DNA from: a bacterium
Lineage (GTDB): Bacteria; Hinthialibacterota; Hinthialibacteria; Hinthialibacterales; Hinthialibacteraceae
DNA: 64,000 bases
Reading direction: 5' to 3'
NCBI GenBank assembly: GCA_041946805.1
Contig: JBHGBC010000010.1
Location: 1-64,000 of the forward strand
In this document: one piece after another, positions 46,019-57,601 of the stretch
How the letters are laid out: every line of letters starts with the position of its first letter
Numbering within the stretch: the first letter of the stretch is position 1
Program-made: the position numbers and the translations under genes
Notes under the pieces: generated by a model
What the model was told of the DNA's origin: nothing
Database searches by the model: none
What the model saw: only the letters and a program-made list of their open reading frames with translations

Positions 46019-48784
46019 TCATCTCCCTGGGGCATCCAATTGCTTGCGTATCTTTTCCGCCATCTCGTAGATCGACTGGCGGACCTCGTCCGCGCGGGGG
46101 CTGCGCAGGAAGAACGCCCGCAGTTCGGCCTCGCGGATATGGACCGCCGATTTCCGCACCAAGGCGGGATCCTGATCCAGCATGGCCAACGCAAATTCGG
46201 CGCGGGCTAATGTATCCAAATAGGCGAAATTGCGCCCATCCTTGCTGACCGCGAAAGAAGCCCTGCCGATCGCTTCCCGAAAGAGCCGGCGTTTTGTTTC
46301 CGGTTCGGGAATCAACTCCGCGGAAAGAATATTCTGCATGGCCGCGATGTTGGAGAAATAGTCCTTGAATTCCACTTCCCGGTTCAATCCGGCGGCCTGG
46401 TCCAGATAGGTCTGGCTTTGATGCAGTAATTCTTGCATGATTTCCGGATCGCGTTCCCGCAAGGCGGTGTAGATCAAATAATCGGCGCAAACCACGCTGA
46501 GCAGCCAATCACGGGCCGCGGCTTTCTTGATCCCATCGGGGATCTCCTGGATGGCGCGTTGCTGCAAGGCCCGTTCCAGCGCGAACAACACCCGCTGATC
46601 GCGATTGCCCCGGTCGATGGGATCGGACGCCGCCGCGTCTTCCTCGATGAAAGTTTTGCGGGCCAGGAGGGCGGATTGAATCGCGTGGGGTTCAAACCGG
46701 ACGGTTTCCTCCAGCAGATAGTAACAGAAAACCAGCAGAACCGCGCCGCCCATCAAGGGAATCAACTTGCGCCAGGAGAGATAGGTGTTTTTGGTGCTCT
46801 TCTGCAAAGCCCGCCAGGAGGTTTCCTTGAGGATTTTGATGATGGTCAGCGCGTACGCGACGATAGTGAGCAACACGAACGAGATCCAGCCGATCGTCCG
46901 GACCTGGTTGGTTTGGAAGCCGTGGAAAGCCTGGTACAGATGGCTTCCTCCCAGGACCGCGTACAAGATAAACACGAAATAAAAGGTCCGGTACGAGTGC
47001 AGTGTCTCTTTCCGGCGCAGGCTGAAAAGCGTCGCCAGCAAGAGGGAAAAGCAGACCATGCTTCCCAACAGGCCCGCGAATCCGTACCAAAACCAGGCGA
47101 TGGGAATGCGCGCGAGGGAAGCGAACGAGGTGAGCTGCGCCGTCAACAGGTCGAGCCGGGAAAAGGAATAGAAGAACAGGGTGCCGAACGCGGCCCCGGA
47201 CAAGACGGCGACCGGGACGGCATGGAGTACGTAGCGGATCAGTTTCGGAAACGGCACGGGACCGGTCAGGAGCGTTAAAAACTGGTGGTTCCGGTACGTT
47301 AAAAAGGCCACGAAAATCGCCGCCGCCAGAAATGAAAGCGGGCCGACCAGAAATATGCGGATGATTTCGCTGGCGATCTCCTGGTAAGTCAAATGCCTTG
47401 ACAGCACCGGTTCGGGAAACACGAAAACCAGGTTTCCCAAGCCCATGAGGATCCCGAACAATACCGCGAATTGGAAACCGATGGAAAGATGGTCCGTGTA
47501 TTCCCCGGGGTTCATCCATTGGGCAAAATGGGAATAGACCTTCTGAGTGAACCGTTCGACCAATCCCCGGCCGCGAACCGTAAACGAAATATCCACGGGG
47601 ACATACGCCCGCAGGCTGCCCCACGCGGTCTTGGCGTCGTCCCGGAGATCGCGCAGCCGCCGCCGGGCCGATCCGATGGCGGTCACCACGTTCGGGTTCA
47701 ATTGAGGATTCTGCACGGATTGCTCGAGACAAAGCGATTTGTAAAAACACTCCGCGGCCAGCAGCGGCTTGTCATCGTCATGGATTTCCGCGTTATAGCC
47801 GATCACGCACATCCCCAGATCGTGCAATCCCGAGGCGATCCCGGCGGAATGCCGCCCGCGGCTGGACGAGGCGCAGGCGTTCAGGAACATCACCGCGGGC
47901 AGGGCCGGGTGGGGTGGCGAGTCCCGCGTTTCCATGAACAATTCCCGCAGCTGTTCGGCCGAGACATAATCGATTCGGTCCGACTCGCCGCTTTCGAAAC
48001 ACAGGCATGGCTCGTCGTTGTAAATGACTCCATGCCCGATGAAGTGAAGCATGGGAAAACGCTTGGCATATCCCCCCCGCAACAAGGTTTTCAACTCCGG
48101 GATGGTGGTGACTCCACCCGGTTGCTTCTTGGACTGAAGTGGACCGATGCGGATCAGACCCTGCGTTTGTTTTTCCAGGGAGCGCAGCGCCCGGGCCTCC
48201 TCCATGCCGTGGTGCAGCGCCTCCAATCCTAATTTCTGAAGGCGCGCGGGGGATGCGAACACGAAAGGCGTGATCAGGAGAATGCCCCAGCAGGAGACAT
48301 CGATCCGTTTGGCGGGCTGAGGAAACGCTTCCAGCGAATGCGCCCGGATGATCTGTATCGAATAACGCCAGGCAATGTATTCCTCGCCGTCGTGAAGCAG
48401 CTCCCAGGGAAGATCCTCCAGGGTCAGGCACAGTTCCTTGTTCTCCGGCGACGGTGTGGGGAAATGCAGGTAGAGGATGCGTTCGGAGGTTTCCGCGCCG
48501 GGATGGGCAAAGGCCCGGATGAGGGAGGATTGCGCTTCTTTCCCCAGGATTTCATACAACTGGCGCCCGGTTTCCTGGCGGCTGGAGATCAGGTCGGGCG
48601 AGAGGCGGACGAAGGCCGTCTCCCCCGTTTCCACGTGCAGGGGCAAGCCGCCTGCGCCATCAAAACGGCGGGCCGGCCAAGGTAAGCGCAATTCGATATG
48701 CCGGCCGATTTGAAAGTAGAAATCGGTGACGATCTCTCCGTTCTCCTGGCGCGGTTCACCGAAACTCCACCACAGTCCGCCCAC
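46019..48784 (-). CDS. CHAT-domain (caspase-like) protease with multiple TM helices and TPR-like C-terminus
   Basis: LPWELLHD, LHFIGHG, FLNACAS, FYKSL; about 7 hydrophobic segments; AYLDTLA. Start uncertain. Confidence 0.82.
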   Translation of the reverse strand: MGGLWWSFGEPRQENGEIVTDFYFQIGRHIELRLPWPARRFDGAGGLPLHVETGETAFVRLSPDLISSRQETGRQLYEILGKEAQSSLIRAFAHPGAETSERILYLHFPTPSPENKELCLTLEDLPWELLHDGEEYIAWRYSIQIIRAHSLEAFPQPAKRIDVSCWGILLITPFVFASPARLQKLGLEALHHGMEEARALRSLEKQTQGLIRIGPLQSKKQPGGVTTIPELKTLLRGGYAKRFPMLHFIGHGVIYNDEPCLCFESGESDRIDYVSAEQLRELFMETRDSPPHPALPAVMFLNACASSSRGRHSAGIASGLHDLGMCVIGYNAEIHDDDKPLLAAECFYKSLCLEQSVQNPQLNPNVVTAIGSARRRLRDLRDDAKTAWGSLRAYVPVDISFTVRGRGLVERFTQKVYSHFAQWMNPGEYTDHLSIGFQFAVLFGILMGLGNLVFVFPEPVLSRHLTYQEIASEIIRIFLVGPLSFLAAAIFVAFLTYRNHQFLTLLTGPVPFPKLIRYVLHAVPVAVLSGAAFGTLFFYSFSRLDLLTAQLTSFASLARIPIAWFWYGFAGLLGSMVCFSLLLATLFSLRRKETLHSYRTFYFVFILYAVLGGSHLYQAFHGFQTNQVRTIGWISFVLLTIVAYALTIIKILKETSWRALQKSTKNTYLSWRKLIPLMGGAVLLVFCYYLLEETVRFEPHAIQSALLARKTFIEEDAAASDPIDRGNRDQRVLFALERALQQRAIQEIPDGIKKAAARDWLLSVVCADYLIYTALRERDPEIMQELLHQSQTYLDQAAGLNREVEFKDYFSNIAAMQNILSAELIPEPETKRRLFREAIGRASFAVSKDGRNFAYLDTLARAEFALAMLDQDPALVRKSAVHIREAELRAFFLRSPRADEVRQSIYEMAEKIRKQLDAPGR

Positions 48785-48823
48785 CGCCGTCTCTTTTCAT
48801 GGGAATCGATCGGAAAAACAGGC

Positions 48824-49549
48824 TCATTTTACTTGACCGGCGGAGGGAGTATAGTGGATAGAAAAAGGGCGTCTTCCAACGGGATTGATTTCCGCCGAAG
48901 GCCGTTGATTCCGAAATTCCGGACGGTAAACCCCATACCAATACGCCATGCGGATCAGCGTGTTTTGTATTCCAAGCCACTGTTTCCGCCAGACCATGGC
49001 TCCATCCGACACGGACAAGACCAGTTCCACATCTCCCTCCGGAAACGTGTCGTCATGGAGCATTTTTTTCAAGCGGGACGAATAATATCCGGAAAACTGA
49101 AGGTACGAACGGCAATGGTTTTTCCGCATCCAATCCCGCAGCATCCGTTGACGGTCCGCCATGCCGGACGGTTCATGGGGAAAACTGGATATCAATTGTT
49201 CCGGAATCCCGGCGGATAATAAATCCTGCTTGATCAAATAATACAGCGAGGCGGGGTAATCCGGGTCCCGGTATTTCCGGGGAGGCCCCTCGGTGATGAG
49301 AACGCGGTCCACGTAACCCTCCTTCACCAGATCGGCCGCCCGTGTCAATTCACCGCCCAGGCCGCCCACCAGCACGGCCTCGGCGGGACGCCAGGAGGTT
49401 TCGTACACCAGAATCTGACGCAGAAGCCAATCCCACGGAAACAGGATCAAAACCAAAACCGGCAGGGCGAAACAAAGCAGAAATCGCCGCAACCGTTTGT
49501 ATCGCGGATGGGATGGCGGAGGCGTTTCCACACCCGGGCCGGATGTCAT
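48824..49549 (-). CDS. YdcF/DUF218-like membrane-anchored protein
   Basis: TM helix then AEAVLVGGLGGE...RAADLVKEGY...VLIT; divergent. An alternative start at 49588 overlaps the upstream stop. Confidence 0.6.
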   Translation of the reverse strand: MTSGPGVETPPPSHPRYKRLRRFLLCFALPVLVLILFPWDWLLRQILVYETSWRPAEAVLVGGLGGELTRAADLVKEGYVDRVLITEGPPRKYRDPDYPASLYYLIKQDLLSAGIPEQLISSFPHEPSGMADRQRMLRDWMRKNHCRSYLQFSGYYSSRLKKMLHDDTFPEGDVELVLSVSDGAMVWRKQWLGIQNTLIRMAYWYGVYRPEFRNQRPSAEINPVGRRPFSIHYTPSAGQVK

Positions 49550-49584
49550 GGGAAGACTGTCGCGCGCTGAGAAATCCCGTCGGC

Positions 49585-50540
<956 letters not shown>

Positions 50541-50544
<4 letters not shown>

Positions 50545-52055
50545 GAGATCAGAATCTCTTCCTGACTAAATGGTTTATCCTGGGACCGGGAATCCGGTTG
50601 AGGATGTTTCAGCGCGCAGAGGATGGCGGTGCCCGCTTGGGGATGGGAGCGGATGCTCAGTTTGGCGCCGATCATCCCCGCCCGGTAGTTCATGATCCGC
50701 AATCCCAGCCCTCCGGAACGCTCAAAATTTTCCGGCAGGCCGACACCATCATCCTCAATGGACAGAATCAAGGAATCCGGCGTGTTATTCAAGCGGATCG
50801 TGATTTGTTTCGCCTGGCTGTATTTGACCGCGTTGTTCACCGCTTCTTGCGCGATCCGGTAGAGATTGACGGATATGGCGCTCTCATGGTTGACCTCAGG
50901 CATCAAGCATTGAAAATGGCAGGGAAGGCCATGAATGCGTTGGGTTTGATCCGCCAGTTCCTCCAGCGCGCCGATCAATCCGCTGTCCTCCAGCTTGACC
51001 GGCATCAATCCCTGGGACAAGCCGTGGGTTTGGGAAATGGCCTGCTTGACCAGGTTCGCGATTTCCTCGACGTCCGGCTGCCCTTCGGTATAATGATTTC
51101 CCAATTTCCGGGATAATCCTTGCAGCAGGCAGGAAATCCCCGTCAACACCTGGCCCAGGCCGTCGTGCAGGTCCCGGCCGATCCGGTTCTGCTCCCGGTG
51201 GCTGATCCGCAAGATTTCCCGCTCCAACCGTTTTCGCTCGGTTTCATCCCGGAATATGGCCAATACTTCGTTTTCCGTCAGAATCACGATCCGGACCTCA
51301 TAATGATAGACCGAATCCTGGAAGGAACACTGGAACTCGAACAACTGAGGTTGTTTGTCGGTTAACGCCTTGTGAACATGCGCCTGCAAATGCTGCAGGA
51401 TGTCTTCCGGCAGCCGGTCCCAAAGGGACCGGTGCAACTGCGGCTGGTCGAACAGGGAATCGCTGAAGTCCTTGATTCGCATGAACTCCATCCCTTTCCC
51501 GTTCAGTTGAATGCGCACGATGCCGTCGGGGATGGCGTTCAACACCGCCCGGAGGCGCATTTCGCTTTTCTGCAGAGCCTGTTCGGTTTGGTTGCGTAAC
51601 GCGATATCCGATTCCAATTCTTGATTCAGGCGTTGGAGTTCCGAGGTCCGTTGGACGACCCGCGATTCCAGTTCCTCGTTCACCTGCCGCAGTTCTTCCG
51701 CCGTGCTCCGCTGTTTCGACACCGCCTTGTGCACGAGCTCGCAGAGAATCAGCAGCGTGGTGGTCACAATCAACATGATGAGGATAGACTCGGTCCAGGT
51801 GGTGACGATGCAGTAGAGGATCACCCCGACCGCCAGCAACGTGTAGGCGATGATGGAAAGATAAAACCAGCGGGGATAGGAGAACGCGGCGTACAGGATC
51901 GGCCCGATCAGGAGCGGCAGGAGGTCCGCCAACGTATGCGCCAGCGGCCGGTTCCAATTGGTATCGCACCACACGATGAATCCCCCCATCACCGCGAGAG
52001 TGATGGAATACACCAGGGAGAACGTCAGGACCGAGAACCGGGGCTGGGTATTCAT
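50541..52055 (-). CDS. Membrane sensor histidine kinase, HisKA_3 (NarX-like) with PAS
   Basis: N-terminal TM helices, PAS, EQNRIGRDLHDGLGQ, QEAVNNAVKYS, DDGVG, GLGL. Confidence 0.92.
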
Positions 52056-52310
52056 GATTATGGGCCGCCGTGCCTCCAAGGAGTGATTTCATCCAAGGCA
52101 CACTATATATTTATAATCCCTTCCTCCATTTTCTCCTAGGGGATAGTAAATTTCTGCAATAGGGCTGGGATAACGGGTCCGGTGACGGAATTTATCCCGG
52201 TGGGGCCGCTGTCCGGCCGCCCGATGCAAGGACCCTATCCATGGACCATTGAATCATTTTCCGTTCTCCCGTACAGTTTGAGCATCCTGGCCGGGGCAGA
52301 AAGTATCCAC

Positions 52311-53636
52311 ATGAACGAATCCAAAATCTCGAATGCCAAGGCGGTGTGGGGGTGGTGCCTGTACGATTTCGCCAACTCGCCGTTCACCACCGTGGTGGTA
52401 ACCTTCGTGTTCGCCAGCTATTTCGCGCGGGTGGTGGTGGGCGACGAAATCCAAGGCTCCGTGATCTGGTCCCGGGGCATCACCGTCTGCGCGGTGGTGA
52501 TCGCCCTGCTTTCGCCCATCATGGGCGCCATCGCCGACCGGGGCGGATACCGCAAGCTGTTTTTATTCGCGATGACCCTGCTGTGCGTCATCGGATCGGT
52601 CCAGTTGTATTGGATTATGCCGGGCCAGATCATCAAGGGCCTCGTTTGGTTCATCCTCGCCAACATCGCCTACGAAATGGGCTGCGTGTTTTACAACGCC
52701 TTTCTCCCCGACATCGCCGGACCGGAGCGGATCGGCCGGATCAGCGGCTACGGCTGGGCGATGGGGTATGTCGGCGGACTGCTTTCGCTGGTTTTGGCTT
52801 TGTTCGCCCTGGTGCAGCCGGAAACGCCGTGGTTCGGTTTCAGCAAGGAGAATTACGAGAACCTCCGCGCCACCAACCTCATGGTCGCCCTGTGGTTCGC
52901 CGTGTTTTGTATTCCCACACTGCTGTGGGTGCGGGAGGACCGGTCCCGGATCCAAGCGGGTTCGGGGAACATCATCCGGGCGAGCTTTTCCCAATTGGTG
53001 ACGACGTTTTACAAGATCCGCCGCTACCGGCAGATCGTCCGGCTGCTGACCGCCAAGATGATTTACAACGACGGGCTGATCACCGTCTTCTATTTCAGCG
53101 GCATATACGCCCAGGGCACTTTCGGCTTCACCAACGAAGAACTGATCATCCTGGGGATCGGATTGAACGTCGCCGCGGGGGCGGGCGCTTTTTTGATGGG
53201 CTTCCTGGACGACTACTTGGGCGGCCGCAAGACCATCGCAATCAGCTTGATCGGGCTGAGCTGCGCCACCCTGACTGCGTCCGCCGCGCCCGGAAAAGCC
53301 TGGATCTGGGTGGCGGGCATCCTGGCGGGGATCTTCTCCGGCCCGAATCAATCCGCCACCCGTTCCCTTATGGCGCGTTTCGTGCCGCCCAGCCAGGAAA
53401 ACGAATTTTTTGGCTTTTTCGCGTTCTCGGGCAAGGCCACCTCGTTCCTGGGACCGCTGCTGTTCGGCTGGATGACGCTCTGGTTTCAGAGCCAGCGGGC
53501 GGGCGTGCTGCTCATTACCCTGTTTTTCATCGTGGGAGGGATGATCCTCTGGACCGTCAATGAGGAGGAAGGCATCCGGCTGGCCCGGTTGGACGAGAAC
53601 GGGAATGGGAATGAAACTCATCCCATCTCAGGGTGA
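52311..53636 (+). CDS. MFS transporter (UMF1/Atg22-like)
   Basis: WCLYDFANS, GAIADRGG, YNAFLPDI, about 12 TM helices. Confidence 0.9.
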   Translation: MNESKISNAKAVWGWCLYDFANSPFTTVVVTFVFASYFARVVVGDEIQGSVIWSRGITVCAVVIALLSPIMGAIADRGGYRKLFLFAMTLLCVIGSVQLYWIMPGQIIKGLVWFILANIAYEMGCVFYNAFLPDIAGPERIGRISGYGWAMGYVGGLLSLVLALFALVQPETPWFGFSKENYENLRATNLMVALWFAVFCIPTLLWVREDRSRIQAGSGNIIRASFSQLVTTFYKIRRYRQIVRLLTAKMIYNDGLITVFYFSGIYAQGTFGFTNEELIILGIGLNVAAGAGAFLMGFLDDYLGGRKTIAISLIGLSCATLTASAAPGKAWIWVAGILAGIFSGPNQSATRSLMARFVPPSQENEFFGFFAFSGKATSFLGPLLFGWMTLWFQSQRAGVLLITLFFIVGGMILWTVNEEEGIRLARLDENGNGNETHPISG

Positions 53637-53825
53637 TCAGAAGATAGGGGCGCATGGCGCCAAGTTCCCTGCCATTTTTCTTGACATGCATCATATGGGA
53701 ATTGAACCTTGTTTTATGAGGAATTCAGAGTGTGAGGGTAAGCCCGGATCGAGCGTCGATATTCCGTCGTCTCTTTGAAGATCAGGTCATGCCACTGCCA
53801 TATTTCTTCTTGAGTCAATTTAAAA

Positions 53826-55184
53826 ATGGCTGTTTTCCCCGTTGGATCCACTCCCGCCGTTGATACGCCTTATCGCGTTGCCCGGCGGCCTCCCGGATTA
53901 ATCCGGCTGGTGACCGCCGGAATCGCCTTCCTATCCTTTGTGTTTTTCTACGCGCATCGTTCCCAGCATTACGCCGGGGATGGCGCGCTGCTGGACCGCC
54001 TGACCGGGGGCGGAAAATGGCTGGTTCAGAATGAATTGTTGTCTCAGGCCCTCCTGCAGCTGCTGTACCGGCTCGCGTCCCCCTGGAACCTGACGCCCCT
54101 CGAAATCATGAATCTGGCCTCCTGCCTGGGGGGAGCGTTATCGGTTTGGATTGTGCTGTCCTTCGCGCGTCAGTTTTATTCATTGCCCCGGGTGTATCCG
54201 TTGCTGCTGTTCTTTTCGTCCGGATTTCTGGTTTATGCCTGCGGACACACGGAGTATTACCCGCTGGTGTTGCCCGCGCTGCTGGGGTATGGCTATTTCG
54301 GGATCGCTTACTTGCGGGGCGCCACAACGCTTATCCCTGCCTGCCTGTTGTTCATCCTCGGGTGCGGTCTGCATTTCGTGACCTTGCTGGCGCTGCCTTC
54401 CTTGTTGCTATTGCCCTGGCTCACCCGCCGGGGACGGGATTATGGCTCGATAGGGACCTGGCTGCTGTTGCTGATACCCCTCTTCCTGATCCGCGGTTAT
54501 CCCCAGATCCTGGGACATAAGGCCGCCGGACTATCCCCCGCCTGGAACGTGCTCCCCCTGTTTCCCCATCCCGGCATGTACCGGTTGTACGCCTTTTTCC
54601 AATGGAACCATTGGCTCGATTGGCTCTACGCGTGGACCATGCGTTCGTGGTACTTCGCGCCCCTGACGGCTTATTGCGCCGCACGAATGGGTATCCGCTC
54701 GCTGTGGTTTCCCGAGCGCCGGTTCCTGCTGGTCTACACCCTGGCTTTCACCGCCTGGACCACCCTTTGGCATCCCGACTTGGGCATCGAAGCCGATTGG
54801 GATCTGTTCGCGCTGGCCGCCGCCCCCGGGCTTTTGCTGCTCATTTCCTATTGGCCCGTCTGGCGCAAAGACCGCTTTGCCAGGCTGATGTTGTTCCTGG
54901 CAGCCTTTGCTTCGATGGGAATCACTTACGAACGTGTGCTGCGGCAAGCCGATTTCCCCCACGCCGGATATGGGGAAACCCACATACGCGCTGTCCATAC
55001 AGACAGCGTTGTGTTTACCATGGACGGGCTGAACCGGCCACTGGATCAAACCCGCGTGCGCAAAGGGACCTACCGGTGCAAGTGGATCGATCCATCACGC
55101 CGGGCAGCCGAGGATTTCTGGCTGGTGGTCGCGGACGGGGAGACCACGACAATCCGAATGGATAGCCAATCCCAAGGGGAGTGA
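53826..55184 (+). CDS. Polytopic membrane protein, possibly GT-C-like
   Basis: About 10 hydrophobic segments, GD in the first loop, EYY, DWDLF; small soluble C-terminal domain. Confidence 0.75.
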   Translation: MAVFPVGSTPAVDTPYRVARRPPGLIRLVTAGIAFLSFVFFYAHRSQHYAGDGALLDRLTGGGKWLVQNELLSQALLQLLYRLASPWNLTPLEIMNLASCLGGALSVWIVLSFARQFYSLPRVYPLLLFFSSGFLVYACGHTEYYPLVLPALLGYGYFGIAYLRGATTLIPACLLFILGCGLHFVTLLALPSLLLLPWLTRRGRDYGSIGTWLLLLIPLFLIRGYPQILGHKAAGLSPAWNVLPLFPHPGMYRLYAFFQWNHWLDWLYAWTMRSWYFAPLTAYCAARMGIRSLWFPERRFLLVYTLAFTAWTTLWHPDLGIEADWDLFALAAAPGLLLLISYWPVWRKDRFARLMLFLAAFASMGITYERVLRQADFPHAGYGETHIRAVHTDSVVFTMDGLNRPLDQTRVRKGTYRCKWIDPSRRAAEDFWLVVADGETTTIRMDSQSQGE

Positions 55185-55285
55185 AATCCCCGCGAAAGCG
55201 GGGATCCAGGGCCGTTTCCCGTAGGGGTTTGGATTCTAGTGAGTATGGAATTGGAATCAAAGGATTAGGGTGTTTCAAGGTCCTT

Positions 55286-55316
55286 CCCTCACCCTAACCC
55301 TCCCGGGGGGAGAGGG
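55286..55316 (+). repeat. CCCTCTCCC-family palindrome
   Basis: CCCTCACCCTAACCCTCCCGGGGGGAGAGGG. Confidence 0.7.
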
Positions 55317-55404
55317 AACTCGCTTTTTCGATTGGATGTACGGTTTTCCCCATGCAGTTAAATCTTGCAGATATGCTGGGTAAAGATCCGCCCCGGTGAG
55401 AAGT

Positions 55405-56568
55405 TCACGCCTTCAACGGATCCTCCCACACTCCCGGGATGGGGGTTTTGCATTTCTTGCAGCAGCCTTTTTCCAGGCCTTCGAGAGAGGAACGGAAGCC
55501 CAACCGGCGGATGACCATCTCTCCGCATTGGGGGCACAGGGTATTCTCGGCGGGATGGCCGGGCACGTTGCCAATGTATACGTAACGCAGTCCCTCCCCG
55601 CGCATGATCTTGGCCAACCGCTCCAGGGTTTTGACCGGCGTGGCGGGAATGTTTTTCAACTTGTAATTCGGCGAAAAACGGGTCAGGTGCACGGGGACAT
55701 CCAGCCCTAGATGTTCCTGAATCCATTTCGCCATGCCCTGGTTCTCCGCGTCGCTGTCGTTCAAGGTGGGTATGATCAAGACCACGAGTTCCAGCCAGAC
55801 TTTCTCCTCCCGGATGACTTCCAACGCCCGCAGGACCGGCTGGAGTTCGCCCTTGCAGGAATCCTTGTAGAAGGATTCCGTGAAACCCTTGAAGTCGATC
55901 TTCACGCCCGTCAGCTGTCTCAGCAATTGGCGCAAGGGCTTTTCTTGAATGAAACCGTTGGAGATCATGACGCTGCCCACGCCCAATTCCCGGGCGGCCT
56001 GGGCTGTGTCCAGCATGTATTCGTAATAGATCACTGGTTCCGAGTAAGTGTAGGCGATGGTGGGCGACTGGGAATCGGCCGCCAGCTTCGCCGTCCGGGC
56101 CGGAGGAAGATCGAACATCTGGATCTGCTCGGGCCGGAACTGGGAGATGTCCCAGTTTTGACAAAAACTGCATTCCATGTTGCAGCCCGCCGTGGCGAGC
56201 GAAAACGCCGCCGTCCCCGGCCGGTAGTGGAACAACGGCTTCTTCTCGATGGGATCGATGTGCAGTGTACACGGCCGCCCATAGACCAGGGTATGATAGA
56301 TCCCCTGATGATTTTCCCGCACGCCGCAATAACCGCGTTCGCCATCGGCCACCTGGCATTCCTTGGGGCAAAGTTGGCACAGGATTTTCAAATCCTCGAC
56401 CTTCTCGTAATGCAGCGCTTCGTGAGTGGACACTTCCTTCGTGAGGGGCAGCATCCCCTCATCCTCGGCGGAATAAGCGGGTAACGCCATGGCGCCGCCC
56501 CAGGCCAGCGCGCATCCCGCGCCGCCGGCCGAGGCGATGAATTGTCTTCGGGTGATGGAATGGTTCAT
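55405..56568 (-). CDS. amrS: AmmeMemoRadiSam system radical SAM enzyme with twin-arginine signal
   Basis: TRRQFI plus hydrophobic stretch; CQLCPKEC..CGVR, DPIEKKPLFHY, CNMECSFC, YVYIGNV, CPQC..CKKC. Confidence 0.92.
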   Translation of the reverse strand: MNHSITRRQFIASAGGAGCALAWGGAMALPAYSAEDEGMLPLTKEVSTHEALHYEKVEDLKILCQLCPKECQVADGERGYCGVRENHQGIYHTLVYGRPCTLHIDPIEKKPLFHYRPGTAAFSLATAGCNMECSFCQNWDISQFRPEQIQMFDLPPARTAKLAADSQSPTIAYTYSEPVIYYEYMLDTAQAARELGVGSVMISNGFIQEKPLRQLLRQLTGVKIDFKGFTESFYKDSCKGELQPVLRALEVIREEKVWLELVVLIIPTLNDSDAENQGMAKWIQEHLGLDVPVHLTRFSPNYKLKNIPATPVKTLERLAKIMRGEGLRYVYIGNVPGHPAENTLCPQCGEMVIRRLGFRSSLEGLEKGCCKKCKTPIPGVWEDPLKA

Positions 56569-56578
56569 CGGATGCCTC

Positions 56579-57601
56579 TCACACGGTCACTTCCTTGAAT
56601 TCGATCCGGGAAAGATCGGCGATGCCTGCTTTTTTCTCTTCGGCGAGTTGGATGTAGAGCGGTTCTTTCCCTTTGTCTTTCAGGGAGGGCAATTTCCGCT
56701 CCCTCCGCTTTTGCTCGATGATCCGCGCCCCCACGCTGTCCAGGGCCACCGGGTCCGTCGAAATCAATAATCCGCCATATTCCCACGCGCCCTTGGGACT
56801 GTACGAGGGGCCGCCGTCGCACTGGGCGCGGAAGCCGTCGCAGATATTCAGGCGCAATTTGGTTCGGATATAAGGATGCAGGCAAAGGTCGGGCAGATAG
56901 GGATCCTTGTGCACATCAAAATGGTACTTGTTGGGATTGTGGATCACTCCGAACAGATTTTTCATCGCGACCGACACGCCCGACAGGTCATGATCCTTCA
57001 GCACGCCCAGATTGATGAGCGCCGTGCAGCCGCGCGAAACGACGCGGGAGAAACACGAGCCGATACTGCCGCTGATTTCCGGCTCCTCCTCGTACCCCAC
57101 GCCCTTCGAATCGGTGGCGATGAGCACCGCCTTGCCCGCGGCCGCCGCCGGATCGTAGCCCGCCTTGACCAATTCGCGCTCGCTCCGGTCCCAGATTGCG
57201 ACGCGTCCGGGTGATACGCCCGCCTGTACCAACCGTTCCGCGATGAGATAGGCCAATTCGGGGTGGGGCGACAGCATCCGGCCTCCCAGGGCGTTGACCT
57301 TGATGGCCACCTGGTCGCTGGACGAGAACAACGCGCGCCAGGCGTCGATGGGATCCTTCTTGTCCGACAAGGCCCGCATGGCTTCATCCAGCAATTTCCC
57401 CAGGCCTTCCACGTCGATTCCAGAAGGCGGCCGCAACAATCCGTCCTTGCGGGCCGCCACCATCCGGCTTTTGCTGATTCCCACGGGTACTCCAGAAGCG
57501 CCCGCGGTACGTTTCGCGATCCACAAGGCCGGAAAAACGAAAAGAGCTCCCCCCGCGGATTGCAGAAAACGCCGCCGGGATGTCTTGGTTGTCATGATCA
57601 T
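56579..57601 (-). CDS. Tat-exported DUF362-family protein
   Basis: SRRRFLQ; VAIKVN, LKDHDLSGVSVAMKNLFG, GGP, DPVALD. Confidence 0.85.
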   Translation of the reverse strand: MIMTTKTSRRRFLQSAGGALFVFPALWIAKRTAGASGVPVGISKSRMVAARKDGLLRPPSGIDVEGLGKLLDEAMRALSDKKDPIDAWRALFSSSDQVAIKVNALGGRMLSPHPELAYLIAERLVQAGVSPGRVAIWDRSERELVKAGYDPAAAAGKAVLIATDSKGVGYEEEPEISGSIGSCFSRVVSRGCTALINLGVLKDHDLSGVSVAMKNLFGVIHNPNKYHFDVHKDPYLPDLCLHPYIRTKLRLNICDGFRAQCDGGPSYSPKGAWEYGGLLISTDPVALDSVGARIIEQKRRERKLPSLKDKGKEPLYIQLAEEKKAGIADLSRIEFKEVTV

